A DNA stretch of 64,000 nucleotides from Lobosporangium transversale (lineage: Eukaryota), in assembly GCF_002105155.1 (NCBI RefSeq), contig NW_019028981.1, positions 1,054,001-1,118,000 of the forward strand. Direction: 5' to 3'. Below are positions 40,769 through 52,708 of this stretch, piece after piece; position 1 is the stretch's first letter; each line of letters starts with the position of its first letter. The translations under genes and the position numbers were made by a program. Below the pieces are notes generated by a model. That model had not been told where the DNA came from. It saw nothing but the letters and a program-made list of their open reading frames with translations, and searched no databases.

Positions 40769-42349
40769 TCAAGGTGTAGGCGCATCTGCAACAGCAGATT
40801 GCTTTGCCTGCTTTTCCTTTTCCTCTTCAGACTCAAGCCATTTGGCATATCGATCCAATCGTTGCTTCTCTTCCTGTTCCAATTCCTCTTTTGATTTCTT
40901 GACATCGTATTTTGTATGGCCATCATAGATCTCTGCAACCACTTTTTGACCTGCAAAATACCGTCCTGACATCAATCGAACACAGAGTTCTGCAGACTCT
41001 TTGTCCTTGAACCGTACTGACACGACTCCTTCAGGATGATGCTATATATATATATATATATTATTGGTATAATGTGAATATAAAAAGAAAGTATGCATTA
41101 GTGGATAGCTCACATTGTAATAAGAATATAGAATTTTTTTTTTTTAAAAAAAAAAAAATAAAAAAAAAAATAAAAAAAACTTACGTCGTAGATGATCACG
41201 TTGGTAACCTCTCCAACCTTTTCACATTCTTCCCGGATATCTTCCTTCAAATCCAAGAGCAACGTCGGATCTGCCTCCAGTTCCTGAAGTGTGAACATGT
41301 GTTTGAGAATACACACCTTGTTCCACTTTTCAGCCTTGACCAAATTCTCATCATCCTCAAACCAATCCAATTTCCTAATTATATACAACAACAACAACAA
41401 CAAAAAAAGTTAAAAAAATAAAATAAAATAAAATAAGGGTAAACACAATAAACACAAATAGGATAGTAATAACAGGTTTGTTGTATATACTTACTTCTCC
41501 AATTTTTGATACTTCTTCTGCACCTTCTTCTTTTGATCCTCTGACAAAGTTGATTTAGTTTGCTCAGGCTTCTCTTTTTCCTTGAATTGTGCTTGTTGCA
41601 CTCGGACCCGTCCTCTTTCCACTCCAGGCCGGAACTCTGTATCGTCCAACAGATCAATCGCCAAAGCAACGGATTCAGGTCTCAGATAGGAGACCAGACC
41701 CTCTCCCGTCCGACGGCCTTCCTTATCTGTGTATAACTTGATCTTGGGCACTCCCTTTTCATCCTCCATAAAAACGCCTCCCTTCTTGAATACATCGGCT
41801 ACTTCCTCAACATCAGTATCGAACGGCAATCCAGTCACAAAGACAGATGAGATCGGTTTTGGTTTCCGTTCGCGTTCCTGAGGGTTATTATTGTTCTTCT
41901 GTCTCTTATTATTCTGTTTGTTAAATCGATTGTTTTTGCCTCCATGCATCGATTCGATCTCTGATAGAAACTCTGCAACATGTTCTTCACCATTGTCATC
42001 CTGCTCTGCTGTTGAGTTGTTATCATTGTCGTAATCCTTACGTTTAGATTTGTTCCGCTTTGAATTTTCTGCGTATACTGCGTCCTATAAAAGAATGGTA
42101 ACACAGGTTAGAGAGTTAAGAAAAATATAATAAAAAAAAATATAAAAAAAAACATTACTTTCCTAAATATGGATGAAAAAAAAAAAAAAAAAAAAAAAAA
42201 ACTTACATAACTGTCTGGTACTGTCTCTCCATACGCTGATTGTTGCGCCTGGACTAATTGCTCATTAAACTTGATAAAATAAACATAAAAGAAAAAAAGA
42301 AAAAAAAAATTCGGCATTAGGAAGACTCTGTCTTTAAAAAAAAAAAAAG

Positions 42350-42381
<32 letters not shown>

Positions 42382-42731
42382 TGGTCCACCGATTAATACC
42401 CTCTTACCATTGGAAACCATGCCTTCAGGTTCTCGTCATACTCGTAGGAAATACCCTCAGCATCTGTGTATGTCCAGCGGCCAGTTTCTTCAATAAAATG
42501 CATATTCTGTTGGGCCACCTGTGGTGCGCCACTCATGTTGGCACCGCCACCTACTCCTATTGCTGTTGCTGATTCGTTTGCTGGGTCGTCTGCAGTTGAG
42601 TCCGTATTCATATAACCGGCTGTATTGACGACATTTGAAGGATCAGTTGCTGCTGCTGCTGCCACTGCTGCTTCTGCTTCCGCTGCTGCTGAGGCGAGGG
42701 CGTCATAAATGTTCTCTGTTGGAGCACTCAT
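40769..42731 (-). CDS. HTATSF1: Tat-SF1 / Cus2 U2 snRNP-associated splicing factor (RRM + UHM), multi-exon
   Basis: GRWTYTDAEGISYEYDENLKAWFPM; SVFVTGLPFD...PKIKLYTDKEG...GEGLVSYLRPESVALAIDLLD; KLDWFE; ILKHMFTLQELEADPTLLLDLKEDIREECEKVGEVTNV; MSGRYFAGQKVVA. Confidence 0.92.
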
Positions 42732-42972
42732 ACCGACAGCTCTGTTCCTCCTAGTTAGTTGTCGTTGTTTTTTTTTTCTTTGTCTTTCCAGATAAGAAAA
42801 AAAAGAAAAGAAAAAAAAGGCGTTCGTTGAATAGCGCGTCGATGAATGATGTCGACGTGTGAGAATGATGTGTGATGCAGTGTTTGAGTAAGTTTCTGAG
42901 AGCAGTCACTAAAGACTTCAAAGGCACAGCATTTTTGTGTAACGTGTATTTTTTTTTATTCATGCAGCTAAA

Positions 42973-44489
42973 TCAATCATCAACATCGAGGCCAAAGATT
43001 TCATATTGCTTCTTTATGGTCGTTCCTTCCAATTCAGCACACTTTTTTGTTTGTTTGTTTTGAGAATAGGAAAGCATCGAAATAAGAAATCGAGCTTAAT
43101 GTTAGCTCAGCAAGTTCAACTCTTCACAAGAAAATTGACTTTTAAAAAGATTTACAACAGAATCCTTCTTATTTGAGGAGCATAAATGTACCTTCCCGAG
43201 GATAATCTGGCCCACATCCTTGATCTCATTGTATCTGCGTAAATCCTTCATGTGTTTGTCGATGATTTCAGCCGGTGTCCCTTCACCTCTAAGGAAATAT
43301 GAAAAATGGAATAAAAGTTTGTTTATAAATGTTAGTTGCTGTGGATATAAGTACAGATAAAAGAAAAAGAAAAGAAAAGAAATATGACTAGGCGCTTCAT
43401 TTACAAAAGATAGACCTTATCGATTTGATGATTTCTTGCTCCTCTCTCTGTAAATCCTGGATTTTGGCTTTCAGTTCTGCAATTCTGACATCCTCCTCGT
43501 TTTCCTATAAAGCATCAATAAAAAAGAAAAAGGCGCAGAGACAATCATCAAGTCTATCAAAATCAAGTGTTACATTTGCCCCGAATGAACTTCCATTTAT
43601 CGAGTGGATCCGAATAAAGCTATATTCCTCCTCTGAAGCTTAAAAGTATAAAGCTTTTTTTTTTTACCATTGTTTCTGTCAGCGCAACCTGGTTCGTTTC
43701 TGGCGTATACTTCATTGCAACAGTAGCTTTAAATTCTTCAGGTCTTGTTGATGGTAATACTTCATTTGTATCCCCATCTTCTCCTGTAATTACTGTTGTT
43801 TCTATCTCTTCTTCTATTGACATTGGTGGTGGTAGTGTCGCTGTTGGTATTGGTGTCGACCCTGAAGCTATTGACGCTCGTTCATCTCTGGGGCTAAGTG
43901 GTGTACTAATCGTCTCTTCAACATTGGTCCGCAATCGTGGAGGAGAGTTGAAATCGAAATTGAGATCTTCCTCTTCAATGTGATCAAGACTGGGCCGACC
44001 GGTTGGCTGGTCGGATGTGTCCTCGAGCGTATCCTCAATTGTATCCTCGAACGCATGCTCAGACGTCTGTTCGAGCAGCTCCTCGAGTGTCTGATCAAGT
44101 GTTTTCCCACGTGTCTGCTTAGAAGTCTGCCCGAGTAATTGCTCAATCGTCTGGTCAAGAGACTGCTCAAGAGTATGATTAAAGCTGATATCGTTGCGTC
44201 TTCGTGATGACCGTGATGAAGTTGGTGACGATGGCTGTGATGATAAAGTTGATGGTACTGAGCCATGATGATCTCGACTTTCTCGACTTCTCTGCTCTCT
44301 ATCGCGTTCTCTCTCCCTACGTCTTTCTTCTCTTTCTGCCCTTTCTCTCTCTCTTCGTTCCCGGTCTCGCTCCCGATCTCGATCGCTGTCTCGTCGTCCA
44401 TATCTCTCTCTTTCTCGTCGATGTTCACTCGAGTATGGGCGGTGATCCTCTGGGGAGCCAGGGTAGTCTTGTTGTTCTTCAGACTGCAT
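42973..44489 (-). CDS. SWI5: Swi5/Sae3-domain DNA recombination protein with long charged N-terminal extension; 5' end uncertain
   Basis: Short exons missed by the ORF track: ENEEDVRIAELKAKIQDLQREEQEIIKSIR / GEGTPAEIIDKHMKDLRRYNEIKDVGQIILGK / CAELEGTTIKKQYEIFGLDVDD*. These match the Swi5 motif H...L..YNEIKD.GQ.L.G...FGL..D. Confidence 0.8.
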
Positions 44490-47400
44490 GAGAATATATT
44501 TACGTATTTGAACGTTAGCAAAGAAGGAAATGAGCTAATGAGGAAATGTGAAAATGGAGATTAGAAAAAGAATGAGGAATTAGGATGCTCACAGGTGCAA
44601 AAATATTGTTCCAAAAATATTACACTTGCCCTTATTCAAGACATTAATAGCGATAGTATTAAAGAGGACTGCCGCGGCTCGTCCTGCTCCCTTCACAATA
44701 CCACCGCAATTGGCGAGTGCAAATAGACTATTGTATGTGCCTGGATGAGAGGCCGCCATGCTCGGCAAAGATTATAGGCTGAGAGCTCATAGATTTACTT
44801 CGATTTGTTTCGACATGGCAAGTTTTAATCATTCTCTATTTCCGCAAGTTTCATTATCTATTCAATTGAGCCCCGATCCAAGTATATCTTTGTGTTGAAT
44901 GAGCTCATTTCGTCCTTTAATATGAAGGATGCAGTTTTGCCACCAAGTGATGGTTGCTCTTTTTGATCCAGGCGTAGTGAAGAGGTGATGAGGGCATTAA
45001 GCGTCTATGCCCAATCACCATCCTTCAACATCATGGCTAGCGGCAATATGTCTTCATATCGTATTGAATCAGACTCTGGGATTGAAGTCTGTGAAGCTGC
45101 CCCTTTTGTGATCTTGAAACTTCGCAGTGGGCATCGACTTTCTTTTTCAAGCATAAGCCTCAGCGCAGTTGGCCAGAATTGCATAAGTGAAATATGCTTG
45201 GATCATAATAAGTAACGAGAACGAAAGTAAGATGTTCCGTAGATCTTCGTTAAATAAAAAGGATAAAAATCCTATGTAAAAATCCATATAGAAATGACTG
45301 CTAAATGCAACAGTGAGTCTTTCTGGTGTCACTCTGCAAGGATTTTGGCACAAACGATTCCCATAATGCTGACTTTGAAACCCAATCGTCATTAAGAAAG
45401 CCACTGAACTTCGTGTTCATCTCAACATATTCTCTCTGTTGAGGAATGTTGGTATAGAATGAGTTTTTATAAGATCGCTTAGTCCTGGGCTGGAACTGGC
45501 GTGCACCGAATGCATAATGGCTTTTCAGGGACAATGTGTGTCAATGTTGTGTCCACAGAGACATAAAAAGGATCCCTAGAAGAAAGTTACTAAGCTTGTT
45601 GACGTGAGCAAAAAGGATTTCCTCATCCCAAGATAATATTTTGCACAAGCTGGAACCACCTCCATGATCTGAGCTTGCAACAGTCCTCTCTTTCTTTCTG
45701 TCAGATCTAGTTTGTTCGAACGCTGAAAGCACTTGCTTCTCTAAGCTTCGCTCACTGGGGTGATCCGAATACTGAGAACCGCTTGTGATGGGATCTGTCT
45801 GTGTAGATCAATGAGTTCAGATGATTAAATATCTTGTGGGACAGGCAGATCCAGAGCGTTGATGAGTGTTTATTGAGAATCTCGGAAATTACAGCTGCAT
45901 TTTCCAAGTCTTGTTGACAGACTTTGTTGAAAATGTGTTTTTTCATTCCGGTTATTGTCTCGATTGCTTAGAACAAAGAGGATATGACAAGCAATCATTT
46001 TTTCGGATAATTGGACAATTTCCATTGACACCTTGCGGGCTGACAAATGAAATGTCAAACTCATTGCAATGATAGCCCCTTTTGTAGTACTTGAGTGCCT
46101 TTTTGCTGTTGAAGATTTTGGACTCGGAGCAGAATGTACATTTCTGAGGAGAGAGAGGTTGTCTGCATCGGCCATGTTTCGAAAAAAAAAAAAAACTTTG
46201 ATTGAAGGGAATTCAAAAAGTTGCGAACGAGAAGAGGGTGCAGTGTGAGGGCGACGGTAGCAAGAAAAAAAAATGCCACCACAGAAACAGTTGAAAGAAT
46301 CTGAAACAAGTTTTTTTTCGGAACCCATCACTTTGAACTCCATAATTCCCCAAATACTGGCTTTTGGGACCATATCCTGACATATACCATTTAAGAGGAA
46401 ATGCCGAGCTCCTTCAGTTGCTCAAATGTGGGACAATTCCCTAAAGACTCAATAACGAGCAAATATCACAAGAAGGCTGTGAAAATGGACCTGAAACAAA
46501 AATTTTTGTTACGTCTCACATTAATTTACTCGCCAAATACTGCGAGCTCTCACAATCAGTCAATTTTCGAATAATTCTTTATAATCTAAAAATGAATGAA
46601 ATTCAAAGGATATTCCAACATCAAAGAAAAGTTATGAAGAAAGAGGCTTGTGGCGCCGTTGCGGTCGATATCGGCTCTTTCAGTCCTTGCTTCATTAGAA
46701 TTTCAGGGCGCGTTGTCGATGCCTTTGTTCACCACCGTGACTACTAGAATTTGTTTTTTTATTCAAGGGTAAGTTAATAACATTTTTCAGGACTATTAAA
46801 AGCTTGTGATAGCTGCGTGTTTTCAGTAATGTCTTTCATTCCTGGCTTTATTAGAACTTTAGGAGGAAGCTGTCGATGCTTTGTTTTACAGGTAAGAGTT
46901 TGATCTTTAAGGGCTTTGCAAGCAGTGTGCGTTTGTATTTTAAGGGCCTTGTGTTTAGGATATGGTTTTCTATTATCATTTCACGCTTTATTTAACGAAG
47001 ACAGCTAAAAGGGGTGCTACCGCGTCCAAGGCTCAAATTTCATCCCGCAAAGATATGGCACCATCATTTTTCGTGTTCCTACATTTGTGACAAAAGATCA
47101 CACCTATTTGTTGCTTCGAACTGCAGGTTTGTGTGCTGGTTCGCCCTTATATATTAGTCATAATTGAGCTATAGCGATCTACCTTATCTGAATGACACAT
47201 AATTGCATCGCCACTATTTTTTTTCTTATTAGAAAATGCATACTTCCTACACTCTGATTAGTACTTGTTAGGGCGTCCTTTGTTCGTGATGATCGATAAG
47301 ATTTTCATATGTCGAATAAAACAAACAACAGAAAAGAAAAGAAAAACTGGAGCAAATGCAAACATATACCCACGAAACCGCCCCCAAATGTATTTATATT

Positions 47401-47904
47401 ATCACCAGCCGCATTCATACCCTACCTAGGCAGCCCCTTTTGTTGGGCCATTTTACGTCGCAGTGTTGGATCCAGTGATCACTAGCTGGATCTAGCTCCA
47501 TCTTCTTTGTCCTTTCAGACGACTTGTTTAATTACCTGTCACTCTAAAATACAATCATCATCTCTTCTTCTACTTCCTAAAATACAAGCGCATAGTGTTT
47601 GCTTTGAAATCTATGACAAGGGAGCTGAAAAACATCCGCGATGCATGTTCGAAGATGGATGGCGGCGACGGTGAAGATTTAGGATTATTTATATTAAGGA
47701 GTCAATATCATATAATCACTTAATGTAAGGAAAAATATAGCGAATAGGAAGCTTGAGAGCGACAATTAATTAAGACTGTATCGGAAGACTGGCAAACTAA
47801 GGTGTGAAGTCGTTCATTGTAGCCGACTTCCTTAAAAAGTCACACCTTCAACGTCCGTTGACTGCTACTTACAAAGCCAAGTCGTCAACATCATGGATGC
47901 CACA

Positions 47905-48985
47905 TCACTGAGACTTTGATGGAGAAAACACAACAAACGGTAAGTCACGCTTTCGGAGTGGAGGAGCCGTTGATTTTTGTGGTGGCGGCACTGCTGTGGG
48001 TGTCGGAGAGACGGGCGCAACAGCATCGAACATGCTTCCTGGAGACGAAGTGGTCTGAGGTGTTGATGCCGACGAGGGCCATACCACAGGTGTAAATGTC
48101 GAATGTAATGTAATTGGTGGAGAGGTGTGGTATGCCTGGGGTGGACGCAAGCATAGCAGTGGCCTTTTTAGCATACAAAGCCATGTGCGCCTATGCAGGT
48201 CAATCCAGGGTTAGTCGTCGTTCTTGAACAAATAAATATCATACAGTTATCTCGAAGAAAAGTACCCACCCGAAAGCCAAGCAGTACTTCAAACGAACGT
48301 GTTCAGGAAAGCATCCAACTTGTTGTATCCAGACGGCAGTCACACCTTCTCTTGCGTCGCTCGACCAGCACCGATAATGTCGCCGTAACGTCGGAGTGCG
48401 TAAAAATCAACAGTTAGAGTACGAGTTTCTGCAATAATAGGGTGCCATTGTGCGATGTCAGGGCCTTCTCCTCTAGGGTCAAGAGGATGGCGGTGTTCAG
48501 ACGGACACTCTCTCGTTGCACGTGGCGGACAAGATCACTGGCCTCGGGCTTGCACTCAAATATACAGATCTTATCTGCCCAGGGCTTATTGACAAAGATT
48601 CTGATTACCATGTCCGCTTTTTTAGGGTTCGTACTGGTCGCCATCTTATGGCTGAACGCGCTTTCGGTCAAGAAGCGAGACTCTCGTGATGCCTTACTGC
48701 TTAGCTCGCCACTATTCAAGTAAAAGCATAGATGAATATAAAAGTGTTAGACAATAAGTGGTGCGATATTCCGGAAAGAGGCTAAACTTGTAATAAAATC
48801 CACTTACGGAATACCACCTAGACCAGAGTGAGCAAAGAGCGTGTTGAATACATCGCTCCACGCACGGACAAACACATGTCCGGGTAAAGGTGCCGTAAAT
48901 ACATCGTTTTCTAGCCAATGCAGGGCTTGGGAAACAATCTTGAGAGCCAAGTACTTCTCTTTAGCTGTCCGCAGTGCTCCTAATT
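47905..48985 (-). pseudogene. Degraded PD-(D/E)XK / restriction-endonuclease-fold (Crinkler-REase-like) gene
   Basis: HVFVRAWSDVFNTLF..IP / GELSSKASRESR..TE...KKADMVIRI...ICIFECK...RLNTAILL, then VDFYALRRYGDIIGAG..V*LPS...LDAFL with stops and frameshifts. D...ExK spacing is seen; the family is inferred. Confidence 0.55.
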
Positions 48986-49190
48986 GATTCGAACATATCG
49001 AACTCGAATGGTTTCGAATGCATTCGAATCGAAAACGAATCATGGTAAGTTCGAATCGGTTCGAATAAGCCCTTATCTGGATCGATTCGAATGACGGCCT
49101 TAAGTTACAGATCTCTGGATAATTCGAGTCGTTCGATTACTTCGAGTACCGAATGGCTCAAATGGTTCGAGTATCGAATGTTTCAAGTAT
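48985..49190. mobile_element. TCGA(A)-rich segment resembling a DNA-transposon (hAT-like) subterminal region
   Basis: About 15 TCGA cores in about 200 bp; possible terminus TAAGGCCGTCATTCG read leftwards from 49102; abuts the truncated nuclease relic. Confidence 0.4.
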
Positions 49191-49405
49191 CATGAGAAGC
49201 AAGAAAGGAAAAGGAGTTTTTTTTTTTTTTTTTTTTGATAACTAGGGCCCTCAGGAAGAAAGGAAAGGAAGGAAAGAAAAAGCGGGAGATGAGACATTAT
49301 CAAACGTAGCATTGCTACGCGTAGCGTAAGCACGGTTCATGTGTCATTATTATACCTAATCAAAAAAAAAAAAAAAAAAAAAAAAAATTCATCAATAAAA
49401 TCATT

Positions 49406-49828
49406 AAAGGCCCCCAAAAGGTTCTTGTCAATGCTCTTGAAGAGAGCCTTTTGGATGGCTTGCTTCCTTTTGACCCTCACTTCGAACTGCCCGGCGAACT
49501 TGATCGCTTGAGCCAAAGCTTTCGCGCGCAACTCTTGTCTTTTGCCATTAGTTGCCTGCTTCTCTAAGCAGGGTCTCCCATCAAGATAAAGGACGGAACT
49601 TGCTTTAGAAGCGGTTTCTGAGGTCTTCTGTTCTAGGATAGTATGGGCCGTGTCGCGCGGGTGTGAGGTGTAGGCAAAGCGAATGGCAGTGAGGGAAACT
49701 ACCTAGATGTCTACTCTTTGCTTATTTGGGCCGAGTGCGAGCAAACGAGAAGCAATATTTGAGCGGCTGATGAAAACTGGATCTTATCCTTTCTCCTTTA
49801 GAAGCGGTCATAGCCCTACGATTCCCAC
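49406..49828 (-). pseudogene. XPG/FEN1-like (PIN) nuclease N-terminal fragment with three in-frame stops
   Basis: A single frame reads (V)GIVGL*PLLKEKG*DP...RVDI*...AIRFAY...AHTILE...VLYLDGRPCLEKQATNGKRQELRAKAL. MGIxGLW and YxDG..EK..T..R are XPG_N hallmarks. Confidence 0.7.
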
Positions 49829-50666
49829 GTTGAAAGCTTTGATAACTGGAAAACAACATGGAAAGTGTGGAGATGTCAGGAAAAAAACAGTGGATAGAGT
49901 TGAAGGCTTGTATAAAAAAAAAAAACGTACCGAAATCACCAAGGCCTTTTTATACAGCGAGCGCCAAGCAAGAAAGATGGTAACAGATGCGAAGCAGTTG
50001 AGCTGGGCTGATGACTGTTCCCATCTGTTTGTAGAATAAACACTGTGCTTTGTTCGTTTTAACCAATTATGTGGATCTGCTCAATCCGACTCCCTTGCGA
50101 TGTATAATTGAAAGAAGGCTCGCAAGGCAATATTATAAGGTATCCTCCCTCTGTACTATCTTCCTCAAATCTTCCATCAGCTCTTCTCTTCATGTTGTAG
50201 ATCAACCATGAGATAGTGATTGGTTCTTTGAGTGATTTGATGAAACTCCTAACCTAATATTTTAAGCTTCTCTCTTGACCTTGACGCGTCACTTCCTTTA
50301 CACATTCCTGTAGTTAATTTGATGCTTTCAACACCTCACATCCATTTATCCTTATCTCCTACTTGATTCAAAGAATGCAAATGAGTGGCCCTGCCAGTAA
50401 ATTAATTGCGGGTAGGTAAAGACGCACTCATACATAGAGAGTCAAGTTATCAATTTTCATGGCTCTGAAGCTGGTAATCGAAGCCATATAACATTAGGCG
50501 AACCCATGTAAAAAAGAAGGGCACAGCAGCAACCGTCTTGAACAGATGAGCAGACTTTCATCCTCCAATAGGGATGCTAGTAAGGATAAAGTTTGAGGAA
50601 AGTGGTGACCTTTTTGGTCTACTCGATTGGTTCTTCTGCTGTAGAAGTTCTTTTCTCTATTTTGTA

Positions 50667-50873
50667 CAGTCGAACTCTGGTTTTCCGGACGATACACAAT
50701 GGAAATCGTCCGGATAATTTTAAATTTACAAAATATAAATGTTCAGGTGACAATGCACTTATTTTTTCCCTTAACTGCATATTCGAATAAATAAGTGCAA
50801 TATCATATACATACTTTTATTAATATCTGGACGATTTCTACTGTGTATCGTCCGGAAAACCGAAATTCGATTG
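50667..50873. mobile_element. 207-bp MITE, Tc1/mariner-pogo superfamily
   Basis: 50-bp terminal inverted repeats (50667-50716 and 50824-50873, 43/50 identical) beginning CAGTCGAAC; flanked by TA on both sides; AT-rich noncoding core. Confidence 0.85.
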
Positions 50874-51150
50874 TACATAAGGTTAATGATGAAGAGTATC
50901 AATGGCTTTAAAAATTTCTGCTTCTCATGCTTTGAAGATGAACCCACATTGTTTGATGAGGGAATGGATTTTAGTATCGCCCACAATCACGATGAAGACT
51001 CGATTTCGCTTTCAAAATATCACTTCGGGTGGGGTTGATATCGCAGACCAATTCCGCTAATAGGTCCAGTTGTTCTTGAACGCCGCTTTTCTTGTGGCTA
51101 TTAGATACAAGTATCGTCAATTCATACATGCTATGGTGTACCAGGAACAA

Positions 51151-51183
<33 letters not shown>

Positions 51184-52708
51184 TATCGCCAATTTCGACT
51201 AAAGCTTGTAAACCAACTTTTATTATTATCTAAGTCCCAAGTTGTCATCGAGCAAAGCAATTCAAAGAGGAGCCTAGAAGCTGGTGAGTCCCCGGAGGCT
51301 ACTTTCAAGGTATCAAAAGGCCCATACATTACTAAAAACTCTCTTCTAAATCCTCAGTGACATCTACCGGAATTTCGTTTCCCGATAAAACCAAAGAAAG
51401 TAATGGTAGGGTTAAGAGTAGAAGGACATGTGAAAACTGCAGGATTAAGAGCCTTAGAGAAGACAAGAAGCCCACCTCGCGATCAGAATGGGCATGCGTT
51501 ATATGTAAGGCTCCTCTTTGCTTGAAAGCAAAGTAGAATAACTTTGAAGAATATCACATCAAATAGAGAGAAAAAATAAACCATATTATTTTCCGAACAA
51601 AATACATGTAAAAAACTACATGTACCCATTTTTGGTCGCAAAAAATCTTATTTTCACATTCAGGATACGAGATATCATTCCATGTACATAAGACAGTTGC
51701 CACCAATTTGCTCTCAATACTACTCAGATTGAATTTCATTGGTTACAGAAACAGATCAGTAATCATCACAAGCAGCGAATGATAAAGCATTATATGCTTT
51801 GAACAACAACAATGTCGGGTAGACAGAAACGTTTCTCGCTTCATGGTGGTTAAGGATTCTTTGCAGGCGAATGATGTGGTGGATCCACCGAGACGTAAAT
51901 ATTGAGCTATATTTCTGCTGAAGCGGCATCTCAATGCGTTTATAGCATAAGCCTTTGCACATTTTTATACATAATTAAATCGTGGGAAATAAACTTTCCA
52001 TGTGGCATCTGATCGTTCGTCACGTGTGTATTTAAATGCTTTCATAATGGAGATAAGGGAAAGATTGTTTAGAAGACAAGCTTTGTGTTGTTGTTGACTG
52101 TTGCTGCTGCGCCGACTACAAAGGCTACCAAAGACAAGTATCAAATATCACAAGAAAATAGCTAAATATTTTAAAAACCTTGCCTGTCTCTATAAAGCTC
52201 ATGATTCGCATGATTGTGGCTGGGATCCAGATTGTAAAAAAAAAAAAAAAAAAAAAAAAAAGAGCAAACTAAACGCCCTCTCATGTCCTTTCACCTTGAA
52301 GGAGAAACAAAGCGATAAAAAGATGCAAGTGCTACAGGCCAGGCCCTTTAATTGCGATCACCAGTCCAGAATGCACAGAAGCCTTTGAAACAAAGAAATT
52401 TTTTTCTGGAAGGAAAGGACAAGGGTTGGTGTGATTATCACACACATTCAAAAACATAGAAAACCCTTATTTTATTTTTTTTATCTCCTCTCTCTACTGT
52501 AAGCAAAAAAAAAAAAAAAAAAAAAAGATTAAAAAAACAGAAGCAATACCAGAAGCAGAACCAGGAAGCGAAGTAGCAATCACCTACGATTGCAAATCAA
52601 TCTTTTTTATTTTTTAATATTCTCATTCACTCACCCACTCGCCCATTCACCCATTCACCCATTCACACTCATTCTACGTGAACCTATATCTCTGACTGTT
52701 TATCTTAC

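Noticed and set aside
3380..42731. Apparent clustering of RNA-processing genes (GPATCH1, RBM18, HTATSF1, with FAP7 just upstream)
   Set aside because: Interspersed with unrelated genes; no sign of a co-regulated cluster.
49040..49100. tRNA T-loop-like GGTTCGAAT
   Set aside because: Part of the TCGA repeat cluster; no cloverleaf stems or D-arm.
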